Source: Rebecca billardiae RCC1528 (taxonomy: Eukaryota > Protista > Haptophyta). Taken from it: a stretch of DNA of 64,000 bases. The notes below the pieces were generated by a model. It worked only from the letters and a program-made list of their open reading frames with translations, ran no database searches and had not been told where the DNA came from. Position numbers and translations under genes: made by a program. The stretch lies in contig OZ251237.1 in NCBI GenBank assembly GCA_965240325.2, positions 186,001 through 250,000 on the forward strand. The letters are read 5' to 3'. How positions within the stretch are numbered: position 1 is the stretch's first letter; the number at the start of each line of letters is the position of its first letter. This document shows positions 33,809-49,846 of the stretch, one piece after another.

Positions 33809-34922
33809 GTCTTGATTCGGCCTTATGATTACGAGCTCATTTTGAGATCGTACTTCATGAATGAAATGCCGCTCAGAGGGACCATAATTATGTGCGAATT
33901 ATCACTCAATTATGCCCCCGCGACGCCGGCCCATGGCTGCCGCACGTACGCGACGGGTGTCCTGGCAGCAGGGCGGGGTGGCGTAGATGGTCTCGTGGGA
34001 TGTGCGTCAGTGTGCCGAAGACGTCCCGACACCTTGGTGGCATGTTCACACCTCTCCTGGTCGCCGCTTGCGTGCTGCGTGCTCGGCCAGCCGTTTGGAG
34101 TGCACGCCTGCACGTGCACGGCCAGTGTCGGGCGGATCGAGCCGCAGTGAGTGTTCGTGCGGGTACTCCCCCTCGGTGCGCCTCTCTACCACTGCTGCAA
34201 GCCCTCGTGCGTGTCGTGGAACCTGTCGAATCCAGTCAGACGCGTGCCAAACTTCCTCGCGAACAATGCGCGGGGAAGTGTCCACGATGTGGCATACCGG
34301 ACCATGATGACGTTGAACACATCGTGGGTTCGAGTGCACGGCTTGGGGTTGACGCAACCCGCGAGCGGCGCGCCCGGGCGCCCGGGCGCGCCGCTGATCA
34401 ACTGATCCGCATCCGACTCCGCCGTAGTCGCTCGGCGCACCTCCGTGCGCCGAGGTGCGCCGCTATGATCACTCATGAGCGTCGTCATGAGTGATCATAG
34501 CGGCGTTTACCTGCCGCCGGACAAGAGGTCGGTGACTGGCTGACGATCAGTAATGAGTGTCGTCAGACTGTTGCGGCGCGGCGTGGGCGCGCGCTCGCTC
34601 GTCGGCGTCGGCGCGCGCGCGGGCGAGCCCGCGCCGCGCCTCCTCCAGCTCCAACTCCGCGCTGACTCACTCGCTCGACGCGCGCGGAGGTGTCAGCCGT
34701 CAGCCCGCCGACTCCTTGCTGATCGCGTCCGACTCCGTCCGACACGGAGTCGGACGCGGGCCGGCGCGGCCGCGGTGCCCCCGCGGGCGCGGCGGTCCGC
34801 CGGTCCCGCGGGTCCGGCACAATTTATTCCTTCTTCCCCCGACTGGGCGCGAGACTGACTCCGATGTCTCTGCTGACTGGTCCGAGCAGACCGAGGCCGA
34901 GCACGAGTGATGACGAGACGTT

Positions 34923-35011
34923 CCCAAGCTGAGTGAGTGAGTGAGTCGTCCACGCGGCTCCCATCATCATCTCCCAAGCTGAGTCGTCCACGCGGCTCCC
35001 ATCATCATCAT

Positions 35012-35056
<45 letters not shown>
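34923..35056. repeat. Short tandem duplication followed by a (GA)n microsatellite
   Basis: CCCAAGCTGAGT..CGTCCACGCGGCTCCCATCATCAT x2, then AG repeats at 35012-35056. Confidence 0.85.
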
Positions 35057-35123
35057 TTATCAGAGGCACGTGCTCATCATCCCGGTGCTAATTTATACTG
35101 TACTGAGCTGACAGGCAGATAAT

Positions 35124-35681
35124 TTACTTCGGGATGAACGAGATGAACTCGGAGAGGTCCTTGTCCAACTTCACCACGAACCGATCAACGGACTTCGCCT
35201 TCTTGTCGCTGCGAGTGGCGCCGTCCTTGACGGCCGAGAGGATCTCGAGCTCCGCCACGTCCTGGACCACGTTGCGCACCATCCTGTCAGACTGCTTCTG
35301 GAAGTCCTCGCCGAAGGCTGTGTTCACCGAGTTCATCGAGGAGCGGATGTCCGCCACGTTGAATCCGCGCAGGTCGGCGGAGATGTCCGCCTTCGGGTCC
35401 TTCTCGTACTTGGCGAGCAGCGCCTTCGCCTTGTTACCGTACTCGACCACCTTCGACACGTCCCCCGACACCTTGGCGAGCACCTCCTTGTCGACGTCGG
35501 CGCTCGCGCCGTCCGAGCCCGAGAAGCCCAGGCTGGTCACGTAGCCCGCAGAGGAGGGCGAGACGCCGACGAAGGCCGAGGCGGCGAGCGCGCCCGCCGT
35601 CTGCGTGACGAACCCACGCCGCGCCGTCAGCGGGCGCTCGGGCGCCAGCGCGAGCATGGAGTTGAGCACGAACGCGAGCAT
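35124..35681 (-). CDS. Plastid thylakoid-lumen protein, possibly a PsbQ-like helical bundle
   Basis: Hydrophobic N-terminus, twin-arginine RRGF, hydrophobic core and SSA cleavage site; amphipathic helical mature part; intronless. The PsbQ-like assignment is tentative. Confidence 0.6.
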   Translation of the reverse strand: MLAFVLNSMLALAPERPLTARRGFVTQTAGALAASAFVGVSPSSAGYVTSLGFSGSDGASADVDKEVLAKVSGDVSKVVEYGNKAKALLAKYEKDPKADISADLRGFNVADIRSSMNSVNTAFGEDFQKQSDRMVRNVVQDVAELEILSAVKDGATRSDKKAKSVDRFVVKLDKDLSEFISFIPK

Positions 35682-35814
35682 GGTCGTCGTCGGTGTCGTC
35701 GGCCGCCGGCAGCTGATTATCGCACGCAACGCGCGCAACCTTCGAGAAGGGCTGCGCGGCCGGAGCCGGACTTTTTTGCCGCGACTCCCCCGGACTGCGT
35801 GATCACGTCGATCG

Positions 35815-38262
35815 ATGGGCGCCCTGCTCGTCGTGGCCATCGCGGTGCTCGCGGCGGCGGCGGCCGCCGTGGGCGCCCCGGCGGGCGGGGCGGTCGCGCC
35901 GGCGCCGCTGCCGCCGCTGTCCATCTTCAAGCCCGGCTCGGCGCTCAGCCCCTTCGACGTCGAGTCCGGCTGGGAGGCGCACGCGAGCGCGGTGCTCTCG
36001 GGTGCGCTCTCGACCGATCGGCCGCTGCACGACGTGCGCGCGATCACGGATGCGCTGACGCGCGCGGCGGCGGACGGCGAGGCGCGCGCGCTGACCGCGC
36101 TGGGCGCGCTGAGCCTCTACGGCGTCGTCGACTCCTCGCGCGAGCTCGACCTCCGCCCGTTCCACCGCCTCTTCCACGCGCTGCGACGCTTTGAGCCGCC
36201 GCCGACGCTGCGGCCCAACGCGACCGCCGCGGCCGCGCTGCTCGGCCGCGCGGCGGCGCTGGGCGAGCCGGGGGCGCAGGCGCTGCTCGGCGCGCTGCGC
36301 GCCTCCGGCGGCGCCAGCGCGCTCCTCGGCGCGCGCGTCCCCGCCGCCCTCGCGCGCGACGAGCCGTCGGGCGGCCAGCTCCTGAGCGCGGCCGCGGCCG
36401 AGGGCGAACCGCTCGCGCTAGCGGTGCTCGGCGCGCGCGCGCACGCGGCCGGGGAGTGCGAGCGCGCCGCGGCGTACTACGAGGCGGGGGCGCGCGCGAC
36501 GGTGGAGCGCTTCGCCGCGCGCGGCTCGCGCGCCCTCGACAACGCGCTCCCCAACCTGCAGCAGCCCGAGCCCGTGCGCATGCGCGCGGGCGAGCTCGAG
36601 GAGCTGCGCGCGTGGGCAGAGCGCCGGGGCGCGCCGCCCTCGCGCGAGACGCTCGACGCTGCGCTCACGTACGCGCAGATCCGGTACGAGGGGCTGCACG
36701 GGATGGCGCCGAACGAGACCGAGGCGGCCGCCTTCTACGCGCGCGCCGCCGACGCGGGCGAGGGCGGCGCCGCCATCGCCCTCGGGCTGATCGAGCTCAA
36801 CAGGCGAGCGGCCGGCGGCGGCGCGGCCGGCGGCGGCGCGGCCGGCGCCGGCGCGGCCGGCCGCGCGGGCGGCGCCAACCTGAGCCGCGCCGTCGAGCTG
36901 ATCGCGAGCGGGATGGACCTCGCGTGGAACCCCGTGGAGAAGGCGATGGGCTGGGCGGCGCTCGGCCACCTCTCCCTCGCGGGCGCCGAGCTGCCGCAGT
37001 CCGACGCGGCCGCGCTGCGAAGCTTCCGCGAAGCGGCGGCCACTGGCTACCTGGAGGGCTTCTATTGGCTGGCGGCCATGCACTACGCCGGCCGGGGCGT
37101 GGCGCGGAACGCGCGGCTGGCGGCGACGCTGCTGTCCGAGTCGGCCAACTCGGGGCACATGCCGTCGATGTACCTGCTCGGCGCGATGACGCGCCGCGGC
37201 GACGGCCTCCCCGCCAACTGCGCCCTCGCCACCGAGCTCCTCCGCCCCGTCGCGCTCCGGCACGAGCGGCTGGCGGGCAACGAGCGCGCGAGCGTGCGGG
37301 AGGCGCGCGCCTTCAAGCACGAGCAGGCGGGGCTGCGCGCCGAGTGGCTCGCGCTCGCCGGCGTGCCCGGGGCCGGCAGGCGCGCGGCGGAGGTGCGCGC
37401 GCGCGCTCGAGCGCCGTTGCCTGCGCGCGTCGCGCGCCCCACGCGCTGTGCTCACACGCGCGCGCCGCGCGCCGCGCGCCGCACCGCAGGCGGCAGCGGG
37501 CCTCGCGGCCGTCGCAGCGGCCAATGGCGACAAGGCTCGCGCGGACGCGCTGCGCGCGCACGCCGAGGCGCGGTACGAGGAGGCGGCCGAGCTCGGCTCG
37601 GTGGGCGCGCGGTTCGCGCGCGCCGCGCTCTGGCGCGCCGAGGCGCGCCGCGCGCGCCAGCCCGCGCTCGCGCGGCGCGCGGCCGCCGAGTACACTGCCC
37701 TCGCGTCCGAGGGCTATGACGAGGGCCGGTGGCAGCTGCTGACGATGAGCGCGCGCGGCGACGGGCGCGCGCGCGACCTGCGCGCGGTCGAGCGCGCGTG
37801 CGCGAGCGCGCTCTTCACGGCGCAGCTGCCGTGGGCTCGCGCGCGCCGCCCGGTGGTGCGCGCGCGCGCGAGCGCGCCCGCGCAGCGCGCACGCAGCCCG
37901 CGCGCGCGCGCGCACGCCCCAGCCTCCTCACAGCCGCCGCGCCGGCCCGCGCTGCACGCGCGCGCGCGCCGCCGCAGTTCCGCTACGCCGGGCTGTGGGC
38001 GCTCACCGCGTTCGTGCGCTGGGGCAAGTGGCTGCTGCTGTACGCGGCGCTGCGCCAGTCCGCGCGGCTGATGGCCGTGCAGCTGCGGCCCACGCTCGGC
38101 CAGGACGCGCTGGCGCGGCTCTCGGCCGACAAGCTCGCGGCGACGACGGCGGGCGTCGTGCCGAGCGGCGCGGACGGCACGCTCGCGCGCGCGGACGCGC
38201 CCAAGCTCTTCAAGGCCATCGACCGCGCGCTCGCGCAGGGCGGCTGGGCCAAGTCGAAGTGA
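35815..38262 (+). CDS. Sel1-repeat protein (SEL1L/HRD3-like); introns 37393-37489 and 37856-37977
   Basis: Signal peptide; Sel1 repeats (CERAAAYY, LAAMHYAGRGVARN, LGAMTRRGDGLPANCALA); hydrophobic segment near the C-terminus. Confidence 0.75.
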
Positions 38263-38437
38263 CGCCGTCGCCCCGCGGGCGCCGCGGGCGACACTCGGCG
38301 GAGGCCCGTGGACATCGCCTGCAGTCCGTCTCGTGCGGGGTGGCCGCAAGCCGATGCAAGCTGCAGTGACCAACTACCAAGCGATTCAATATTATTGGTT
38401 TCCGTTGACGAAACGACATATTACCGTTCACTCCGTG
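38213..38437 (+). repeat. 3' end of the Sel1 gene, with a diverged copy at 49493-49693
   Basis: Shared blocks GGCCATCGACCGCGCGCTCGCGCAGGGC, GACACTCGGCGGAGGCCCG, TGGCCGCAAG, GAAACGAC and ACCGTTCRCTCCGT. Confidence 0.8.
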
Positions 38438-38503
38438 ATGTAGTACGTATGCCATCCGCTGCCGTGCGGCAACTTTGATGCTTATATTAATACATATATA
38501 TAT

Positions 38504-42811
<4,308 letters not shown>

Positions 42812-44269
42812 ACGCAGTTGGGGGCCCGCGGTGGCCGAGTGCTATCGCGTCACTCTCCGCCGTGGCCAGTTCGCCAGCATGAGCAGTTGAAGTACGGTTC
42901 TGCAGTCCCGCGACCGTCGCCTGCCTGCGACTTCGAGACTCACTCACTCGAACACTTCACAGCAGCGCGAGACTCTAATCACAGCAGCGGACCTGAGACC
43001 GCACCGGTCAAATCGGACGTCCGTCTGACAACTAGCTGCCAAATGTCCAACTGGCTGATCAATCAGCTCGGATCCGGGCGACCCGTCCGCGGTCGTGCCG
43101 AGTGAGTCGTGCCGCAGAGCTCGCGGACTAGTCGGAGTACTGAAGGAGTCGGGTGTGACAGCAGGGTGCTTTAGCGCTGCGGCCCGTACCAGCCAACAAC
43201 CAGACGTACTCTGGCCACTTGACCCGTTGCACGGGTGAGGTACCGTACGCCCTCAGCGGGCCAGTGACTGGCAGTCGAAAAATGCTACGTTGTCGTTGAT
43301 TGCAACTAGGGCTGGGCGATCAGGCGGCCGGGCGCGACGAGCCGAGCGGATTGGTGCACGGGAGATCCAATACGGCAATTCCCCGTGCACCGATCCAATC
43401 CGCTCGTCGTCAGGTGGCGCCGTTGCTGAGATCGAGCTGCAAACCCCTCAGCAGGTGGGCACTAGTGAAGGAAACTGGGAGGGCTGCCCGGCAGCGCGCG
43501 CCGCGGTGGGAAGAGAGAAGACTTGCCTCCCATCTGCAGCTGTGGCAGCGTTCCCTCTCGCGGCGGTGGAAGCCGACGACGAGGAGGATTCTGACGACGC
43601 AATTGTCGACGACTGCTGGGAAGCCGCTGTGGTGACACTGTGCCGTGTGCACGCAGCTGCTCAATGGTAAAATGCTACCGCGCGGCGCCGCGCGACCGTC
43701 GGGTGATGGAGAGCGGATGGCGACAGCAGCAGCAGTCCTCATGAAGACGATGAAGCTGGCGGCACGGGTGCACGAGGTGGCAGGCGAAAACGCGCCGACG
43801 AGACCGCATTTGACACACCTGAGCCGCACGCGCGTGCTGGCGCCGAGCGCGTGAGCGCTGCAAACCGAAACGCAACTACCGCGCGCGCCACGACGGCGCG
43901 GCACTAGCTGATGCAGGCCGTACTGCCGGCACTGCTTCTGCGATCATGCGCCACGGTCGCAGCTGACTGCGTGAGCAGCAAGCGGGAGGCGGGTCCGGAG
44001 GCACGTGCAGGCGCGCTCAGCCAAGGGGTTGGGAGCCTCCCGCATCCGCCATCGTGCCGGCCACGTCACCTCCGATCCGGATGTGGCCCAGTCCGGACGT
44101 CACGCGATCCGGGACGACGAATACGATTCGCTCGTAACGAACCGTTACACTAATGTCACGTCCAGCTGACGTCCAGATCGCACTTTACTTAAGGGAATGA
44201 GCTGGGCGCGCTTTTTTTCGGCCTAATAGACCTCTCTATGCGATCTCAAAAACTCGAAACTCGGTCTCC

Positions 44270-44392
44270 GCCAGCCCTAAAAATCGCCCCCCGTCCCTTT
44301 TTTCTTGATCAAAGATCTTTTTGAAACGTGGTTCGGGCCCGCTGGTGCGGGCTCCACGCTGCGCGCTCCGCCCTGCACCGCGGGCCATAATT
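44270..44392. repeat. Diverged ~120-bp repeat, second copy at 46303-46431; probable element terminus
   Basis: AAAATCG..CCCC..TTTT..GATCAAA(A)GATCTTTTTGA...CTCCACGCTRCGCGCTCCGCCCTRCACCGCGGGCCATAAT in both copies. Confidence 0.75.
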
Positions 44393-44401
44393 ATTGATGA
44401 T

Positions 44402-44525
<124 letters not shown>

Positions 44526-44719
44526 ATCTGCGGCGTCGTCTGCCTTCTGCCTGCTAATCTCAAATCTGGTTAGCCGCTGATGCCAGATAATATTCCAGAA
44601 CAGTAGAATAATTAACCGTTATGATATTGCTTAGGACCGCGTTCCGCGGTCCTTTCGTAGAACCAAGGTAGTTAGGGGTCTGCGGTGGCGCGGTGCAACC
44701 TCCGTCGGCTGCTGTCGAT

Positions 44720-45862
44720 CAGTATGACTGACATGGCGGGCCGCGAGGACTGTCGCCGCGGGCCGCGCGGCGGGAAGCGCGGCCGCCGGGGCGGCGCGCG
44801 CGCGCAGGGCGAGAGGCGCCGCGCGGCGCGGGCCGGCGCGTGCGGGCGTGCGGGCCGCTGCGGGCGCACCTGCCGTTGAGGTGCTCGCGCTGCGCCATGC
44901 GCTCGACGACGGGCCGCTGGTCGCTCAGCCGGCGCGCCTCGTGCCGGCAGAGCGAGAGCGCGCGCCACTGCCAGCGGGCACTGCTGCCCCGGCCTGCGCT
45001 GCGCAGCCGCGCACCGATCGCCAGAGGCGAGACCGAGCGGAGCTCGGAGTGGAACGAGGCGAGCGGCGCGTCGCGCCTGCCGCCGCGCGTGCGCGCCTGC
45101 TCCACCGCGCCGCGCCGTGCTCGCCCGCCGCCTCCTCGTCCGCCACGTCGGCCTCGAAGCCACGGCGGCGGCCAGCCAGCGCGGCAGGCCGTGACAATCG
45201 GCAGCCAGTCGGGCCGTGCGTGCTCGCCGAGTTGCTGCTGCTGCACCTCCGGCGCGGTCGACGACCGAGTTGAGGAGGAGCTCGCGCTCGGCGTCGAGGA
45301 GCGAGCTCGCGAGCTCGAGCTCGCCCTTCATTCAGTCGCGCTAGCTCCGGGCGCATCCGGCTCATCTCCGCTGCGGCGTGCCGTCGCGGCGCGCTCCGCG
45401 TCCTCATTCCTCAAGCGACGAGCTCGCGTAGTGCTCCGGACTCGGCTCGCCCTTGCGCGCTCCTCCTCGAGCGACGAACGCGCCCGCGGGTAGGTTGTTG
45501 GGCGCGCGCCGACTCGGCGTGACTCGGCCACGCGGCCCGGCACTGACGACAGACCGGTGGGCGCGCTCGGTGAGAGCGGAGCGCGAGGGCCGGGCGAGAC
45601 GGAGTAGACGCGGGGCCTGCGAGGCGACAGGCGCGCTCGGGGAGAGCAGAGTGCGAGGGCGAGAGGCAGCGGCCGGCCGGCCCCCGCCACCACCTCGCGC
45701 ACCGCGGCGTACTGCGGCGGCACGCGCACGCACGGTCCCCGCGGTCCGAGTCAACGGGGCTCCACGCGTCGCGGCTCGCGCCGGCGCGTACCGGCGCGAG
45801 TCGTCAAGGGCCTTGCCCCATAGCAGTGCAAAATTTTCGTCTGCGTGCTGTATATTCGTCAC
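44720..45862 (-). pseudogene. Degraded gene-like sequence
   Basis: Coding-like GC3 patches and intron-like GT..GCAG segments, but no continuous frame and no recognisable family. Confidence 0.3.
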
Positions 45863-46462
45863 GAATATCCTACGGAGTGATCATCTATTGTCTGCAGTGC
45901 GCCCTCTAGCTAGTGGCTTCCGCGGGAACCATCGATGATGTCCATTTACGACCATGCACGTTCAACCGTATCGTCGGAAGATTGAACGGGAACCCCTTGG
46001 TAGAATACCCTGCTACTGTAGGACCCCCGTGCACATGCGCTTTTAAAAAACACGTCCGGTTGGTCCCGGACTGGCGACCAAGTTTTGTTCACGTATGAAT
46101 ATTATTTACAACAAATTGCAGCTAGATATTCGTTCACTACCCAGATATACTGACAAATGCACGTCCACAGGCTCACGTCCGTCCATCGACATATGCGGAA
46201 TGGCGCGGGCGCGATTATTTCGTCAATCGCGTATTGCTAATGGAGAGCAATGGGCCAGTGTACCCCTCGAAAATAAAGCGAAAACTCACCCTCCATGGCT
46301 CCAACAGCCCTCAAAATCGTCCCCCGCCCCCTTTTCTTTGATGATCAAAAGATCTTTTTGATGCCAACGTAGTGAGGGCCCCCGGCGGGGCTCCACGCTA
46401 CGCGCTCCGCCCTACACCGCGGGCCATAATATATTGAGTTCTGTCGTCACAGTGGTGCCACA

Positions 46463-46992
46463 CGGCATCAGTAGACGTCACATGACTGCAGATGCGGACC
46501 AACCGTTATTACCGTACCCATCAGCTTTAGACAGCGCGAATGCGCGGGGACGAAGATATCACGAGACGCCACGGAGTGACATCCGATCCGCGAAATCCGG
46601 GTTCAACGAGCCCTCGCCCTGCGCGCGCGCGACGCCACGCTGGCGCCGGACCGCCGCTGCGGCCGACAGAGCTCGACCGTTCCCGATCGCATGCGTGAAA
46701 TGGGGATGTCGGGCGATCGCATGCGGCATCAGTAGACGTCACATGACGACTGCAGATGCGGACCAACCGTTATTACCGTACCCATCAGCTTTAGACAGCG
46801 CGAATGCGCGGGGACGAAGATATCACGAGACGCCACTGAGTGACATCCGATCCGCGAAATCCGGGTTCAACGAGCCCTCGCCCTGCGCGCGCGCGACGCC
46901 ACGCTGGCGCCGGACCGCCGCTGCGGCCGACAGAGCTCGACCGTTCCCCGACATCCCCATTTCACGCATGCGATCGGCCGATCGCATGCGGC
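46463..46992. repeat. Tandem duplication of ~261 bp with an internal micro-inversion
   Basis: Copies start at 46463 and 46724. Confidence 0.9.
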
Positions 46993-47295
46993 GATCGCGA
47001 TCGCCCGATCGCGATCGCCGCCTCAACTCATCCCTGGACCCTGCGCTCGGCCGCGAGCAGACTCGGGCGCAGTCAACCCACTCGAAGCAGGCGGCGGCCG
47101 CGGTCGCGGGCGACTTGCAGGCGGAGGAGCCGATGCGCGCGCGGTCGCCGGGCGGCCCCTCATCCCCTGGCCGAGGGCTCGGGCTGGACAGCTGCGGAAC
47201 AACACCCCGTGGAACGGGTGGAAACTGTATGACTGTTCGCTCCGTACTTGTACCGGACTCGGAGCCGTCCCGGTCGGCCGACGCGCACATTCTAC

Positions 47296-49353
47296 ATGGC
47301 GTCGGCCGAGGTGTTCTCGCTCCGTCGCTTCTGCGCGCTCGAAGCGGAGGTGTTCTCGCTCCGCGGCGGGCCGGACGGCGCGGCGCAGCCGGCACCCGGG
47401 CGGTCGCTCGCGAGGCTGCGCGTGCGGGCGGGCGAGGGCGTGCTCGAGCTGGCCACGTCGCAGGGCGAGCGCACGCTGCGCACGCTCGAGGTGGCGCTGC
47501 GCCGCGTCGCCCGGGTGAACGCGGCATTGTAAGCGCCGGGCGCGCGAGCCCGAGCGGCGCGGCGCGCGAACCCGCGCGCGCCCTGCGGCGCGCGTTCGCC
47601 CCGCGGTGCTCACGCGCTGCCGTCCGCCCCGCGGCGCCCCGTTGCCGCGCGCGCGCGCGGCCAGCCCGGCGCCTGAGTGCGCGTCGCCCGACAGCGTGGC
47701 GATTTTCGTGTGGTACCGGTCGGGCGCGGCGGACGGCGAAGCCGGCGCCGAGGCGGGCCCTGCGCCCACGCACTGCCTGATGCTGGTCTGCACGCTGCCC
47801 ACGTACCGCGCGCTCGAGACGGAGATGGGCCTGTGGGACGCGCTCCGCGATGCGCGCCCCGACAGCGTGGAGGCGACGCACGCCGGAGCGCTCACGTGCG
47901 CGCGCGCGCGCGCCGCCGCCGCTGCCGGCGAGGCCGCCGCCGCGCGCCGCCGCACGAGCCGAGGCGCCCGCGGCGCCCCCGCGCGCGCGCCGTCGCCGCG
48001 CGCAGGGCTGACGAGGGCGCGGAGGTGCTTGCCACGCTGCGGCGCGCCGGCGCTGAGGGCGGCCCGGCGCCGGCCGCGCCCGCCGCGCGCTGGCCTGCCG
48101 CGCGCGACCGGCAGCGGGCCGTCCGCGACGCGGCCGCGGCGTACGCGCGGCACGGGCAGCTGGCGCCGGAGGGGGTCGGGTCCGTCGCGGCGTACCCCCG
48201 CGGCGGCTACTCCTGGGACGCGATGGGCGGCGCGCTGCCCTGGCTCGACGTCGTCGCGTGGGCGGGCGAGCCTGAGGGCGACGCGCACGCGCCCATGCCG
48301 CACATGCTCTGGCGGCGGGAGCAGCACTCGTTGCGCGCGCTGCACGCCGCGCGCGCCGCCGCGCGCGCCGCCACCGACCAGCCGACGCCGCCCGCGCCCG
48401 TCGTCGGCGAGCTCCTCGACCCCGACGGCTGGAGGGCGACGTGGAGCTGGAGGGAGAGCGTCATTCCCGACGCGCTCGCGTACGGCGGGCGCGTGCTGTG
48501 GGTGGCGCTTGTGCCGGTGCGCGCCGCCGGCGGCGCGCAGTGGGAGCCGCGCGTCGTCCTCCTCTTCATGAACGACGTGCGCGCGCAGTTCGCCGCCGCG
48601 CTCGACGAGACCGGCGAGTGGCGGGCCGACGCCTGCGTGCACGTGGGCTGCGTGGGCCTCGGCACGGACGTGCACGCCACCGAGCTTGGCCTGGTGCTCG
48701 GCGGAGCGCCGGCGGCGGCGGCGCCGCCGCCGGCGCGCGAGGGCGTGCCCGTGGGGGCCGCGTGGGCGACCGGCGTCGCGTGGCTGGCGGGGCAGTTCGG
48801 GCCCGCGCCGCCCGCTCTGCCCGCGCACGCGCCCGCCTCGGACGGGCCCGGCGACGCGCCGCACGTGGTGCTCGTCGAGCCCACCCCCCACCAGCCCTTC
48901 TCGACCGACCTGCACGCAGCGGAGGCCGAGGCGCTGTGGGAGGCGCGGTTCGTCGCGCTCGACGGTTTGCCGCAGGTGCGCGCCGCGCGCGGCGCGCAAC
49001 GCGCGACGGTGCGCGCCGCGCGCGGGCGGCGCGCCGCCCGCGCGCGGCGTGCTCGCCGCGACGGCGGCCCGCGCCGCCGCTCGTTCGCCGCGCGCCCGCG
49101 CGCCGCGCCCACCGCGCCCGCCGCCGCGCTGACGACGCGGCTACCACCGGGCGCGCCACGCCGCGCGCATCGCGCGCGCCGCGCGGCCGTCGCGCAGGAA
49201 TCCGCGCCGCGAGGTGTCGAGGCGCGCGCCGAGGCAGTGGCCGCGTACGTGGCCATGGCGGCGCTCGCGACGAGAGCGCACGTGCCGACCAACGTCGGCT
49301 GGGTGCAGCCCCCGAGCCAGGCGGCGCTGGACGCGGCCGGCGCGGGACGATGA
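47296..49353 (+). CDS. Hypothetical protein, multi-exon
   Basis: ATG 47296; GTAAGC donor at 47529; coding-like segments in the frames of ORFs 47248, 47606 and 47677. Later intron boundaries are uncertain. Confidence 0.55.
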
Positions 49354-49846
49354 CGCGCTGGGCGGCGCGAGCGGACGTGGAAGCGCGACGGGTGTGGGAG
49401 CGACATTGACGGGCAGGGCCGGCGGCCGCGTGCCGTGCCACCGCGCGGCGCGCGCGGCCCCAGCCCCATGATGATGATGATGGTAGGCTGTGGGCCATCG
49501 ACCGCGCGCTCGCGCAGGGCGACGCCGTCGTCTCCGCGGGCGCCGTGGGCGACACTCGGCGGAGGCCCGCGGGCATCGCCCGCAGTCCGTCGGGGTGGCC
49601 TGGCCGCAAGACCATGCAACCCATCGGAACTTTCAGCACAGTAAGTGCTTCATAGATGGTTTCATCTGAAACGACGTGACCGTTCGCTCCGTATTAATAC
49701 TATACTGCTAGTATTCTTAGTAGTACAGTGTTACGCACTGACGGCTCGACTGTTACATTGGTAGGAACTTTCCGCTGCTGAGCAAACGGCCGGGGCCGCG
49801 CCGGTGACGACGGACTTCTTTGTGGACACTAAGAGCGTGCGCGCGC

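Noticed and set aside
43008-44180. Possible element with imperfect GGACGTC-containing inverted ends
   Set aside because: Match too weak, no TSD and no recognisable coding domain.
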